A stretch of 64,000 nucleotides of DNA from Candidatus Omnitrophota bacterium (GTDB taxonomy: Bacteria > Omnitrophota > Omnitrophia > Omnitrophales > Aquincolibacteriaceae), in assembly GCA_035368605.1 (NCBI GenBank), contig DAOSLF010000001.1, positions 22,877 through 86,876 on the forward strand, written 5' to 3'. The position numbers and the translations under genes are program-made. This document shows, one piece after another, positions 1 through 8,723 of this stretch. The notes under the pieces were generated by a model, which saw nothing but the letters and a program-made list of their open reading frames with translations, was not told the origin of the DNA and made no database searches. How positions within the stretch are numbered: the stretch's first letter is position 1; the number at the start of each line of letters is the position of its first letter.

Positions 1-582
1 GCGTTTCTGAAACTGCGTTTTCACGGGGCCCGGGCAAAACACGGTGGCGGTCACGCCGGTGCCGGATAATTCCCCGGAGAGCGCTTCCGTGAACGAAAGG
101 ACATAAGCCTTCGAGGCGAAATAACAGGCCATGAACGGGCCGGGCTGGAACGCGGCCGTGGAAGCAACATTCAGGACCTTTCCGGAAGCCTTCGCGATCA
201 TCCCCGGGAGCAGGAGCCGCGTCAAGTGAGTGAGCGCCATGATATTAAGCGAAAGCATGGCCTCCGTGGCTTTCCAGTCTGAACGGTCGAACGGGCCGTG
301 AATGCCGCACCCGGCGTTATTCACAAGCGTGCCGACCGCGATCGCTTGCCCGTCCAGTTCTTCTTTGATCTCCTGCGCGGCGCCCGGCCGGCTCAGGTCT
401 TTTGCGATGATGCGGACGTCAACCCCGTGAAGGGACGAGAGCTCGCGGGCGATATCAGCCAGCCGCGAATGATTCCGGGCGACAAGGACGATGGGAAAAC
501 GGTCGGCGGCGAACAGTTTTGCGAATTCCCGGCCGAGGCCTTCGGAAGCTCCCGTGATGAGAACGTATTCCCGCGCCTGCAT
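1..582 (-). CDS. classical short-chain dehydrogenase/reductase (SDR), partial (3' end outside window); possible 3-ketosphinganine-reductase-like partner of the upstream alpha-oxoamine synthase
   Basis: Minus-strand ATG (rc of cat at 580-582) lies 6 nt after the stop of the upstream gene. The N-terminus MQAREYVLITGASEGLGREFAKLF carries the TGxxxGxG Rossmann motif of classical SDRs. The ORF is in frame to position 1 and is absent from the ORF track because it runs off the window. Confidence 0.6.
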   Translation of the reverse strand, partial: MQAREYVLITGASEGLGREFAKLFAADRFPIVLVARNHSRLADIARELSSLHGVDVRIIAKDLSRPGAAQEIKEELDGQAIAVGTLVNNAGCGIHGPFDRSDWKATEAMLSLNIMALTHLTRLLLPGMIAKASGKVLNVASTAAFQPGPFMACYFASKAYVLSFTEALSGELSGTGVTATVFCPGPVKTQFQKR

Positions 583-587
583 AAGCC

Positions 588-1811
588 TCAACGCAGGATG
601 CCGGTGGAGCGGGCGATTTGCTCGAAGACATGAACCGCCCGTTCGATCTCCTGGAGGGAGTGTCCGGCCGTGACGGTGGCGCGGATGCGGGCCGTGTTGG
701 GTTCGACGGCCGGCGGGAGGATGGGGACGATGAAGATGCCTTTCTCTTTTGCGAGGTGTGTCATTTCGAGGGCCTTGCGTTCTTCGCCGATGATGATCGG
801 GACGATCGGCGTCTGGCTTCGGAGCGTGTCGAACCCGCGGTCCTTGAGCGTTTTCAGGAAAAAGGCCGTGTTCTTGCGGAGTTTTTCCACCCGCCACGTT
901 TCCTCTCCCATGACCTCGAAGGCGGTTTTCGCGGCCGCGGCGGATGCGGGCGGAAGCGCGGCGGAAAAAATGAACGGCCGGATCGAATGCTTCAGATAAT
1001 TCACGAGTCTGGAACTCCCGGCGATATAGCCGCCGATGCTCGGGATGGTCTTGCTGAGGGTTCCCATCTTGATGTCAATCAGTCCTTCGCGGGGATCGAT
1101 CCCGAAGTGTTCCTCGATGCCGGTGCCTTTCTTGCCGAGGACGCCGAGAGAGTGGGCCTCATCGACCATCAGCATCGCTTTGTGCTTCCGGCAGACACGA
1201 ATCATCTCGGGCAGGTCGACGATATCGCCGTCCATGCTGAAGACGGCGTCTGTCACGACCAGTTTGGTGCCTTTCCTGGATGCGCCATGGAGCGCTTTGT
1301 CGAGGGCCTCCATGTCGTTATGTTCGAACCGGACGAAGTGGGCGCGCGAGAGGATGCACCCGTCGACGATACTCGCGTGATTGATCTTGTCCGAGATGAC
1401 GGTGTCGTTCCGGCCGAGCAGGGCGGAGATCGTGCCGAAGTTGGCGCCGTACCCGGTCGAGATGGCAAGGGCGTCCTCGGTTTTTTTAAAGCTGGCGATC
1501 TTTTTTTCAAGTTCGACGTGCACTCGGGTCGTTCCGGTCAGGAAACGGACACCGTGGGTGCCGGTCCCGAACTTGTCGAGGGCTTGTTTTGCGGCGGCGT
1601 TGATCTTCGGATGGCCGAGGAGGTCGAGGTAAGAGTATGAAGCGAACTGGAGCATCGGACGGCCGTTCACCGTGATGTGCACGCCGGAAACCGCGTCGGA
1701 GCAGTGCATGTACGGATAGACGCCATGTTTTTTGGCGGCCCGGGTGCGGTAGTTCAGGGCTTCGATGCGTGAGAACAGGAGATTTTTCTGGGACATAGCG
1801 GAATCGCTCAT
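588..1811 (-). CDS. alpha-oxoamine synthase family PLP-dependent acyltransferase (serine palmitoyltransferase / KBL / BioF-like)
   Basis: 407 aa from ATG (rc of cat at 1809-1811), start MSDSAMSQKNLLF. Family motifs present: NHASIVDG, SMDGD, DEAHSLG, and the PLP-lysine region GTLSKTIPSIGGY. Which family member it is cannot be decided from sequence alone. Confidence 0.8.
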   Translation of the reverse strand: MSDSAMSQKNLLFSRIEALNYRTRAAKKHGVYPYMHCSDAVSGVHITVNGRPMLQFASYSYLDLLGHPKINAAAKQALDKFGTGTHGVRFLTGTTRVHVELEKKIASFKKTEDALAISTGYGANFGTISALLGRNDTVISDKINHASIVDGCILSRAHFVRFEHNDMEALDKALHGASRKGTKLVVTDAVFSMDGDIVDLPEMIRVCRKHKAMLMVDEAHSLGVLGKKGTGIEEHFGIDPREGLIDIKMGTLSKTIPSIGGYIAGSSRLVNYLKHSIRPFIFSAALPPASAAAAKTAFEVMGEETWRVEKLRKNTAFFLKTLKDRGFDTLRSQTPIVPIIIGEERKALEMTHLAKEKGIFIVPILPPAVEPNTARIRATVTAGHSLQEIERAVHVFEQIARSTGILR

Positions 1812-2164
1812 GGTTGTTTTTCTTTCAGGAAATGGAGTTGGTTGTTCCCGGTCTTTTCGAGAGTCATCTGTGCCGCGTGACTGAGCCCGTTGAAATCGTA
1901 ACAATCGACGGTGAGGAGATCGCCGGGCGCAATGCCGGTCAGGGAATCCACGCCGGCAAACGACGTTTTTGAGGTGATCCGGAAAAAGGACAGGATCACT
2001 GGTTGTGTGACGGTCATGGCGATATTCGCTCCCGGTTTTCTGGAAAGTCTATCGTTCCCGTCATGTTTGGCAAGGAAAAAGACGCCCGCCGGCAAAAATC
2101 AGGGATACACCCCGATTTACAGCGGTCGGGAAAATCGGAGTATGGCCCCGGTTTCCACTATCCT

Positions 2165-2194
2165 GTGGCAATATCGGTCTCCGGCAGTTATAAT
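2165..2194 (+). promoter_or_regulatory. candidate sigma70-type promoter for tRNA-His (-35 TGGCAA, 18-nt spacer, -10 TATAAT)
   Basis: TATAAT at 2189-2194 lies about 20 nt upstream of the tRNA 5' end. TGGCAA sits 18 nt upstream of the -10. Confidence 0.4.
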
Positions 2195-2214
2195 GCGCAC
2201 TCCAAAAAATCCTT

Positions 2215-2290
2215 GGTGGGCGTAGCTCAATTTGGTTAGAGCACAAGATTGTGGATCTTGGGGTTGCGGGTTCAATTCCCGTCGCCCACC
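2215..2290 (+). tRNA. tRNA-His (anticodon GTG) with genomically encoded G-1
   Basis: Cloverleaf read by eye. Acceptor 5' strand GTGGGCG pairs with 3' strand CGCCCAC. The extra 5' G at 2215 opposite discriminator C is the His-specific G-1. Anticodon loop is TTGTGGA with GTG. T-arm is GCGGG-TTCAATT-CCCGT. No encoded CCA. Confidence 0.85.
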
Positions 2291-2322
2291 CGTTTTTACA
2301 TCCGAAGTGATGGGAGGCAGGT

Positions 2323-2530
2323 CATGAAAGAATTTTTCGTCGGTCTGCTCGCGATCATCGTTGTTCTCCTCCTCGCCGGCGTGGGGGTTCTCCTTTTTCC
2401 GTTCTTTCTTCTTCTCGGGATCGCGCTGAGATTTTTGGTCCTTGTTCTGGTCGGCCTTTTCGCGATCTGGCTCGTCGGCAAGCTTGTTTTGCTCCTGATC
2501 GATTCCCTGAAGAAGAAAGACCAAACGTAA
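2323..2530 (+). CDS. small hydrophobic membrane protein (two predicted TM helices), hypothetical
   Basis: ATG at 2323 is preceded by GGGAGG. 68 aa, almost entirely L/V/I/G/F with a KKKDQT tail. The longer track ORF from 2249 would overlap the tRNA. Confidence 0.45.
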
Positions 2531-2540
2531 GGAAGACCGC

Positions 2541-2792
2541 ATGGAAAGACTGATGACCGCCCGGCAGGTCAGTGAATTGCTCGAGGTCAATCCGTCCACG
2601 GTCTACCAATGGGTCCACCTCGGACTGATCCCGTACGTCAAGCTCGGGAAATGCGTCCGCTTCAAGAAGATCGAACTGTTCCGCTGGATCGACAAGAACC
2701 TGCGCCACGAAAAGGTCTCGTTCAAAACCGTCGAAAAAGTTCTTCGCAAACATCCTTCTGCCCGCCAGAAGGAATTCTCCGACCTGGAATGA
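2541..2792 (+). CDS. excisionase/AlpA-family helix-turn-helix DNA-binding protein
   Basis: MERLMTARQVSELLEVNPSTVYQWVHLGLIPYVKLGKCVRFKKIELFRWI matches the Xis/MerR-type HTH_17 pattern (L-t-x-xE-A-xLL-vs-xTvyrw-x-G-lP-x-kvG). Its stop overlaps the downstream OST start (ATGA at 2789-2792). Confidence 0.65.
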   Translation: MERLMTARQVSELLEVNPSTVYQWVHLGLIPYVKLGKCVRFKKIELFRWIDKNLRHEKVSFKTVEKVLRKHPSARQKEFSDLE

Positions 2793-5356
2793 AGACGGAC
2801 CTCTCCGGTGTTCTGAACAGACTTTCCGGGGCGGTGCCGGCCCGCATCGAGTTCCGGAGCCCCGTGACCGCTATCCTCCTGATGGTCCTCTGCCTCGGGG
2901 CCAATATCTATGTCCGTCTCTTTCCCGCGCATCTGCCCGGTCTCCGTCAGGAGGCGCTCCTGAACGTTGTGAACGCCGAACTGAAAGAGGGTGCCGGAAA
3001 CTATACCGGCGAGGCGAGGCTCAAGGGGCTTGCGGTTTCCGCCGCGGCACAAACCGGCATTACCCGGGATCCGACCGCTTTTTCCAGGAAGGTTGACGCA
3101 GAGCTCACGAAACTGAAAGGCCCGCTGCAGGATGAGAGTGGTTTGACCTATCTCCTGGAAAGCGATCCCTATGCCTGGGCGGTCTGGACGGAGAATGTCC
3201 TGCGGTATGGTCATCCGGGGAACCGGATCGTGAACGGGAAAAGTCATGACAGCCTGATGCTCGCCCCCCGCGGCCTCGAGGTCTTTCATTTTACATTCCT
3301 TTTTTATCTGACGGCGCACCTGTACAAGGCTGTTTCGCTTTTCAGCGGTGCGGTTTCTTTCCAGTCGTTCCTCTTTTATGTGCCGGTTTTTTATTCCGCT
3401 TGTTTTCTCGCGCTTTTTTATCTTTTCGTGAGGCGGTGGTCGACCGATCTCGCCGCGTTCTTTGCCGTGATGCTCGCGGGGTTTACGGGGGAAATGGTCC
3501 AGCGTGGCTGCGCGGGATGGTATGACTTCGATATGCTGAGCCTTTCCTTCGCGGTCCTTGTCGGCGGGTGTCTCGCGGAGGCCTTTCGGGACGGGGGATG
3601 GAAACGGATGATCCTTGGCACGGTGGCGGCGGCGTTTTTTGAAGGCGTCTACGCGATGACGTGGCTCGGCTGGTGGTTCATGCTTGTTGTCGCGGCCGGT
3701 TTTTTTATCTCGTCCGCCACGCTCGCGGTCATTGCAGGTCCCCAAAAGCTCAGTGCGGTGCTGCGTTCTCTTTTTTTCCATTTGTCCGCGGCGGTCCTCT
3801 TTTATGTCCTTTCGTTCCTGTTCGCCGGATGGATGACCGGTGTCGATATGATCGAACGGGTCGGGTGGCTCAGGTCGTTTCTCAGGTTCAATACGGCCCT
3901 GGGGGCGGACATCTGGCCGAATGTTTTCTACACGATCAGCGAACTCGGCGCCCTCTCGCTCCGGGGGATCGCAAGCCGTTTTTACGGGGTCATTCTTTTC
4001 TCGGCCATCCTTGTGTCTGTTGCGTTTGCGGTTGTCAGGGAATGGCGCTCGGACCGCCGGTCGGTGGTCCTGATCCTGCTTTCGTGGTTTGCTTTCATGT
4101 TTTTCGCTTCTTTTAGAGGAAATCGCTTCGTCCTTTACCTTGCGGTTCCGGCGTTCGCTTTCTTCGGGATCGCGCTTGCGGAATATTTGCCGGGCTGGAT
4201 CAAGGATCGTCTCGGCGGTATCTTGCGGATTCTTGCCTTTGGCGGTTATGTCGTTCTGCTCGGTTTTCTCGTCCGGACGGGATTTGCCTCCGGGATCGCG
4301 GTGGCCGAAAGCATCCGGCCCGTCATGAATGACGCATGGTATGAGGCCCTGAGCCGGATCGAACGTGAGACACCCAGGGATGCTATCATCAATTCCTGGT
4401 GGGATTTCGGGAGCTGGTTCCGCTATTACGGGAAACGCGGCGTGATCTTTGACGGTCAGTCTCAGGGCGGCCAGTTGGCGTACTGGATGGCAAGGGCGAT
4501 GCTTGAGACCGATGAAGAGAAGGCGGTCCGTATCCTTCGCATGTTGGACCTTTCGGGAACCGGCGCGTTTTTCCTTATCCAGGAACGGATTCGGGATCCC
4601 TACCGGAGCAAGACTGTTCTCGACAGCCTGTTGGCCTCGGATGAGGCAACTGCCCGTGAGATCCTCGCGTCGGAAGGTTTCGAGGCGGAAGGCGCGAAGA
4701 AGGTCCTGGATGATCTCTTTCGGCTTCCGGCGCCGGCGTATTTTGTCGTCGAAGGATCCATGGTCGGCAAGATGGCGAGTATCTCGTTCATTGGAAACTG
4801 GGACGCAAGGAAACTCATGATCGAACGCATGGCGGGTGAACCGGCGGAAGCTGTCCGGGGGCGGCTGACGTCCCTGTTCGGTCTCGCTCCGGAGGAGGCG
4901 GAAAGACTCTATCAAAGGCAGACGGAGACACTGAAAGGCGTTGATCGCAATGAAAGCATCTCCACGAGATCGGATTTCTTTTCAAGTCCCGTCAAGGGGG
5001 AGAAGGGGAAATCCCTCATCCGTTTTGACAATGGCGTTGTGTTCGACCCGGTTTCGCCGGAGGTGCTTTATTACTCGGAGGCCGCTTCGAAATTCAGGGT
5101 TCCGAAACGGGTCGTCTTGTGGCGTGAGGGTGTCCGCAGTGAAATGAAAAATGAAGGCGGTGGCGACGATGCGACGGTCCTGATCGCGGCGAACGGAGAG
5201 GAATACCGCGCGGTTCTCGCGAACGATGACCTGATCGATTCTCTTTTTGTGAGGCTTTATCTTCTCGGCGGTTCAGGCCTGAAACACTTCAATCCGTTCC
5301 ACTCGGATGACGAGTACAAGATTTATATTTACGAGATCGATTGGGGTGCTTCATGA
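2789..5356 (+). CDS. oligosaccharyltransferase of the STT3/AglB/PglB family (GT-C fold, N-glycosylation OST)
   Basis: 855 aa. The N-terminal half has many hydrophobic helices; the C-terminal half is a soluble domain. It contains the diagnostic WWDFG (INSWWDFGSWFRYYG), a TIxE loop motif (FYTISELGALS) and a DPY motif in the first external loop (ESDPYAWAVW, compare FDPYFNYR of eukaryotic STT3). Start MKTDLSGV at ATG 2789. Confidence 0.85.
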   Translation: MKTDLSGVLNRLSGAVPARIEFRSPVTAILLMVLCLGANIYVRLFPAHLPGLRQEALLNVVNAELKEGAGNYTGEARLKGLAVSAAAQTGITRDPTAFSRKVDAELTKLKGPLQDESGLTYLLESDPYAWAVWTENVLRYGHPGNRIVNGKSHDSLMLAPRGLEVFHFTFLFYLTAHLYKAVSLFSGAVSFQSFLFYVPVFYSACFLALFYLFVRRWSTDLAAFFAVMLAGFTGEMVQRGCAGWYDFDMLSLSFAVLVGGCLAEAFRDGGWKRMILGTVAAAFFEGVYAMTWLGWWFMLVVAAGFFISSATLAVIAGPQKLSAVLRSLFFHLSAAVLFYVLSFLFAGWMTGVDMIERVGWLRSFLRFNTALGADIWPNVFYTISELGALSLRGIASRFYGVILFSAILVSVAFAVVREWRSDRRSVVLILLSWFAFMFFASFRGNRFVLYLAVPAFAFFGIALAEYLPGWIKDRLGGILRILAFGGYVVLLGFLVRTGFASGIAVAESIRPVMNDAWYEALSRIERETPRDAIINSWWDFGSWFRYYGKRGVIFDGQSQGGQLAYWMARAMLETDEEKAVRILRMLDLSGTGAFFLIQERIRDPYRSKTVLDSLLASDEATAREILASEGFEAEGAKKVLDDLFRLPAPAYFVVEGSMVGKMASISFIGNWDARKLMIERMAGEPAEAVRGRLTSLFGLAPEEAERLYQRQTETLKGVDRNESISTRSDFFSSPVKGEKGKSLIRFDNGVVFDPVSPEVLYYSEAASKFRVPKRVVLWREGVRSEMKNEGGGDDATVLIAANGEEYRAVLANDDLIDSLFVRLYLLGGSGLKHFNPFHSDDEYKIYIYEIDWGAS

Positions 5357-6492
5357 GTGCCCATGATATTGAAGTTTCGGTGGTGATTCCGTGCCTGAAT
5401 GAGAGCGGGAGCGTCGGGACCTGTGTCGAAAAGGCGCGCGCTTATTTTTCGGCCAGGGGTATGGCGGGTGAGGTTATCGTGGTGGATAACGGTTCCTCCG
5501 ACGATTCGGTCGTGAAAGCACTGAATGCCGGCGCGCATGTCGTTCATGAGAAGGTTCGGGGGTATGGGGCCTCCTGCCTGCGGGGATTCCGGGAAGCTCG
5601 TGGTAAATATCTCGTCATGGGCGATGCTGACAATACCTACGATTTTGCTTCCCTGGACCCTTTCCTGGATCCCTTGCGAAGGGGGGCAGATGTTGTGATG
5701 GGGTCCCGTTTCCGGGGAAAGATCCATCGCGGAGCTATGCCGTGGACGAACCGCTATCTTGGCAATCCCGTCCTGACGGGGTTGTACCGCCTTTTCTTCC
5801 GCACGCGGCTCACGGACATCCACTGTGGCATTCGGAGTTTGACAAAAGATGCTTTTCTGAAGCTGAACCTGCACTGTCTCGGGATGGAATTCGCGTCTGA
5901 GATGGTTCTGGAAGCGCTGCAGAAGAAACTGAAGATCGTGGAAACACCGGTTGATTATTTTCCCCGCGAGGGCCGCTCAAAACTGGAGCCCATGAAAGAC
6001 GCCTGGCGGCATCTCCGCTTCATGCTTCTTTTCTGCCCGGACTGGCTTTATTTTGTCCCGGGTTTGTGTGTCGGGGGATCCGGATTTCTGGTGCTGCTCG
6101 CTCTTATCGGCGGGCCGGTCCATTTCCTGGGGCACGCCTGGGATATTCATATGCTGGTCTTTGCGGCATTCCTGAGCATTCTTGGCTATCAGATCCTCAA
6201 CGTTGGTCTCTACGCCAAGCTTTTTGCCGTTAAACAGGGATATCTGGAGAGTGATAGTACGCTGAACTGGTTCGCGCGGCACCTCCGTCTTGAGACCGGA
6301 GTTGTTTTGGGCCTGATATTGTTCGGCGCAGGACTTGTTCTGAATCTCTGGATCTTTGCTGAATGGTGGCAAAATGCTTTCGGGCCGCTCTATCGTATCC
6401 GCGAATCGGTCGCGGGGATGACGTTCATGACACTGGGCCTCCAGACGGTTTTTTCCTCTTTTTTTCTCAGCCTCATGAATCTCCGCCGCTGA
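5353..6492 (+). CDS. GT2 polyprenyl-phosphate glycosyltransferase (Dpm1/AglD/ArnC/GtrB-like) with C-terminal TM helices
   Basis: N-terminal GT-A domain with VVIPCLNE, VVDNGSSDDS and a DADNTYD (DxD) motif, followed by 2-4 hydrophobic helices. Start ATG 5353 overlaps the OST stop (ATGA). Confidence 0.8.
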   Translation: MSAHDIEVSVVIPCLNESGSVGTCVEKARAYFSARGMAGEVIVVDNGSSDDSVVKALNAGAHVVHEKVRGYGASCLRGFREARGKYLVMGDADNTYDFASLDPFLDPLRRGADVVMGSRFRGKIHRGAMPWTNRYLGNPVLTGLYRLFFRTRLTDIHCGIRSLTKDAFLKLNLHCLGMEFASEMVLEALQKKLKIVETPVDYFPREGRSKLEPMKDAWRHLRFMLLFCPDWLYFVPGLCVGGSGFLVLLALIGGPVHFLGHAWDIHMLVFAAFLSILGYQILNVGLYAKLFAVKQGYLESDSTLNWFARHLRLETGVVLGLILFGAGLVLNLWIFAEWWQNAFGPLYRIRESVAGMTFMTLGLQTVFSSFFLSLMNLRR

Positions 6493-6494
6493 AG

Positions 6495-7475
6495 ATGCAG
6501 AATTCAGTAACCAATCCCGCAGTCCCGAAAGCGTCCAGGGTTTCGATTGTGATCGCTGCGCGAAATGCCGAAAGGACGCTCGCTAAATGTCTCGATTCGC
6601 TCATGAAGCTCGATTATCCGGATTACGAGGTTATCGTGGTGGACGACGGCTCGACGGATGGAACGCGCGATATTGCGTGTCATTATCCCGGTATCGTCTT
6701 GCTTGGGACTGGTGGCGCAGGACCTGCCGTGGCTCGAAATACAGGTGTCAAGATCGCACGAGGCGAGTTCGTCGCCTTTTTAGATTCGGATTGTTATGTG
6801 CGCCCGGATTGGTTATCCGAGCTCCTTCGGGGGTTTGTTGACGACCGTGTAGCGGGGGTCGGGGGGTGCCAAGAAAGTCCGCATGATGAAGAACCCTTCG
6901 GGCGTGAGGTCCATCGTTTTTTCTCCTGCGCCGGATTCCTCACAAATTATATGCAGCGCGCCGTTGCGACGCGCGAGGTCACGCACAATGCGAGCTGCAA
7001 CGTCATGTACCGGAAGGCGGTCTATCGGGTGCTCGGCGGGTTCGAAGAAGGGTTCTGGCCCGGGGAGGATCTGGAGTTCGACCACAGGGTGCGGACCCGG
7101 GGATATCGTCTGTTTCAGGTGCCGGACGCGATCGTTTATCACTACCGGGCCGACACGATCGAACGGTTCAGGAACATGATGCACCGCTACGGCTGGGCGC
7201 AGGGGATGCTGGCCCGCCGGCACGGCCTGTTCCGTCCTATCCAGTGGGTGCCGGTCCTGATGTTGCTGCTGGCGGTGGGGGGCGGAGCGGGGTTTTTGGT
7301 TTCTCCAACCTGGACCGTGGTGCTGGCGGTTGTTGTTTCGTGGATTGTTTGGGAATGGCTCGGTCGCGATCCCGCGCTGCTGAAACTGTTTGTGAACGCT
7401 CTTTTTTTCTGGAACGCCGGTTTTATGAAAGGGCTGACGGAACGCCGCGAGGGTGAGAGGCGTCCGAATCGGTAA
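6495..7475 (+). CDS. GT2 family glycosyltransferase
   Basis: Start MQNSVTNP at ATG 6495, 2 nt after the previous stop. Motifs SIVIAARN, VIVVDDGSTDGT and FLDSDCYV (DxD), with a C-terminal hydrophobic segment. Confidence 0.8.
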   Translation: MQNSVTNPAVPKASRVSIVIAARNAERTLAKCLDSLMKLDYPDYEVIVVDDGSTDGTRDIACHYPGIVLLGTGGAGPAVARNTGVKIARGEFVAFLDSDCYVRPDWLSELLRGFVDDRVAGVGGCQESPHDEEPFGREVHRFFSCAGFLTNYMQRAVATREVTHNASCNVMYRKAVYRVLGGFEEGFWPGEDLEFDHRVRTRGYRLFQVPDAIVYHYRADTIERFRNMMHRYGWAQGMLARRHGLFRPIQWVPVLMLLLAVGGGAGFLVSPTWTVVLAVVVSWIVWEWLGRDPALLKLFVNALFFWNAGFMKGLTERREGERRPNR

Positions 7476-7517
7476 TGCCCGCGTGTTCTATTGGACGGAT
7501 GGAGAGAGATTCCCTGT

Positions 7518-8723
7518 ATGATGCGGTCTGTTTATCGTGTAGCCGTTAAGTGCTTTGCCTGGGGCATGCTGGGAATCGGGCGGGTGTTGCGGCGCTCCCG
7601 GCCTCGCTACGATTTTGCGACCATCCGGAAGATCCTAATCAATAAGTGTGACCGACTGGGAGACGCGGTCGTGATCTTGCCGCTACTCTTGGAACTTCAA
7701 AAACATTACCAGATCACCGTTTTGACTTCAGAACGGAACGATGAGTTCCTTCGTCGGTTTGTCCCGACGAAAAAGTATATTGCCGAACCGAAATCTTTTC
7801 ACCAAGTCCTGCGGATGCTCTTGAGTGGTTGTGCCGTTTTTTGGGGGAAGAGGGGCTCAAAGGATCCCGACTATGACCTTTACCTTGACTTCAACGGCCT
7901 CAAGGAGCTTGATGTTTTTTTTAAAGTTTGGAAGGATGCTCTTTGTGCACATCATGCCAGTTTCAATATGGGTTTTTGGAACGGGATGCTGGATTATTCA
8001 CATCGGGATTATCCGGTGCTTTTTTCCCGGAGGCCCGTTCTGGATTCTTATGCCCAATTGGTGTGCGAAGCGCTTGGAGTCGAAATTACATTAGCGAGCG
8101 TGGGAGGGGCACACGCTGTTTTTCCGGAGGAAATGCCGCCCGGTGATTTTGTCATCATTAATGTTTCCGGCCATGAACGTTATCGCGGACCGGCGCTGGT
8201 CTTCTATGCGGAGTTGATAAAGGAAATAGCACAGCGGTTGGGATGTTTCATTATGGATGAGCTTGGCGGGACCCATATGCCAGCCATCAAGGAAATGACC
8301 CGGGGAACAGACAATGTCTATTATGCGGAACGGGATTTTTCAATATGGGAGTTGGCCGGGCTTGCTTCCAAGGCCCGGGGCTATCTCGGTGCTGATTCCG
8401 GTATCAGTCATCTGATGGGGGGGCTAACGAATGCGATCGTTTTCTTTGGCGATCAAACAAGTGAAATCTGGCGGCCCTATGTTCCAAGTGGTTATGAAAA
8501 ATGCGAGTATAAGGAAGGGTTTATCCTTGAGAGATCGGTCGATCCGTCCGGTTTTTTGAAGGCTGTTATTTATCAACCCGTGCGCTGCCGGCCCTGTTTC
8601 GATTGGGGATGCCGTCGGCCCGTGTGCGTGGACGCATTTTTAGCTGTTAAGGAGCCATTGATCAACGTGGTGTTAGAGCTTTTCAGATCGTGCGGTGCGA
8701 TCCCGGGAGCGGTGGATTTATGA
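7518..8723 (+). CDS. GT9 family glycosyltransferase (heptosyltransferase-like)
   Basis: KILINKCDRLGDAVVILPLL is the typical GT9 N-terminal motif. The gene is visibly AT-richer than its neighbours. Confidence 0.6.
   Translation: MMRSVYRVAVKCFAWGMLGIGRVLRRSRPRYDFATIRKILINKCDRLGDAVVILPLLLELQKHYQITVLTSERNDEFLRRFVPTKKYIAEPKSFHQVLRMLLSGCAVFWGKRGSKDPDYDLYLDFNGLKELDVFFKVWKDALCAHHASFNMGFWNGMLDYSHRDYPVLFSRRPVLDSYAQLVCEALGVEITLASVGGAHAVFPEEMPPGDFVIINVSGHERYRGPALVFYAELIKEIAQRLGCFIMDELGGTHMPAIKEMTRGTDNVYYAERDFSIWELAGLASKARGYLGADSGISHLMGGLTNAIVFFGDQTSEIWRPYVPSGYEKCEYKEGFILERSVDPSGFLKAVIYQPVRCRPCFDWGCRRPVCVDAFLAVKEPLINVVLELFRSCGAIPGAVDL

Noticed and set aside
298-673. + strand ORFs of 111 and 60 aa at the window start
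   Set aside because: They overlap the minus-strand SDR and SPT genes, which have clear motifs.
1808-2095. 95-aa minus-strand ORF upstream of the SPT-like gene containing a VDSL tetrapeptide (considered as a possible ACP, as found beside bacterial spt genes)
   Set aside because: Beyond the DSL-like tetrapeptide it has none of the ACP helix II/III pattern. It overlaps the SPT 5' region in another frame and has no RBS.
2603-4915. 770-aa ORF on the minus strand antisense to the OST gene
   Set aside because: Shadow ORF typical of high-GC DNA. Low-complexity R/P/G-rich translation with no motifs. The sense-strand OST has clear family signatures.
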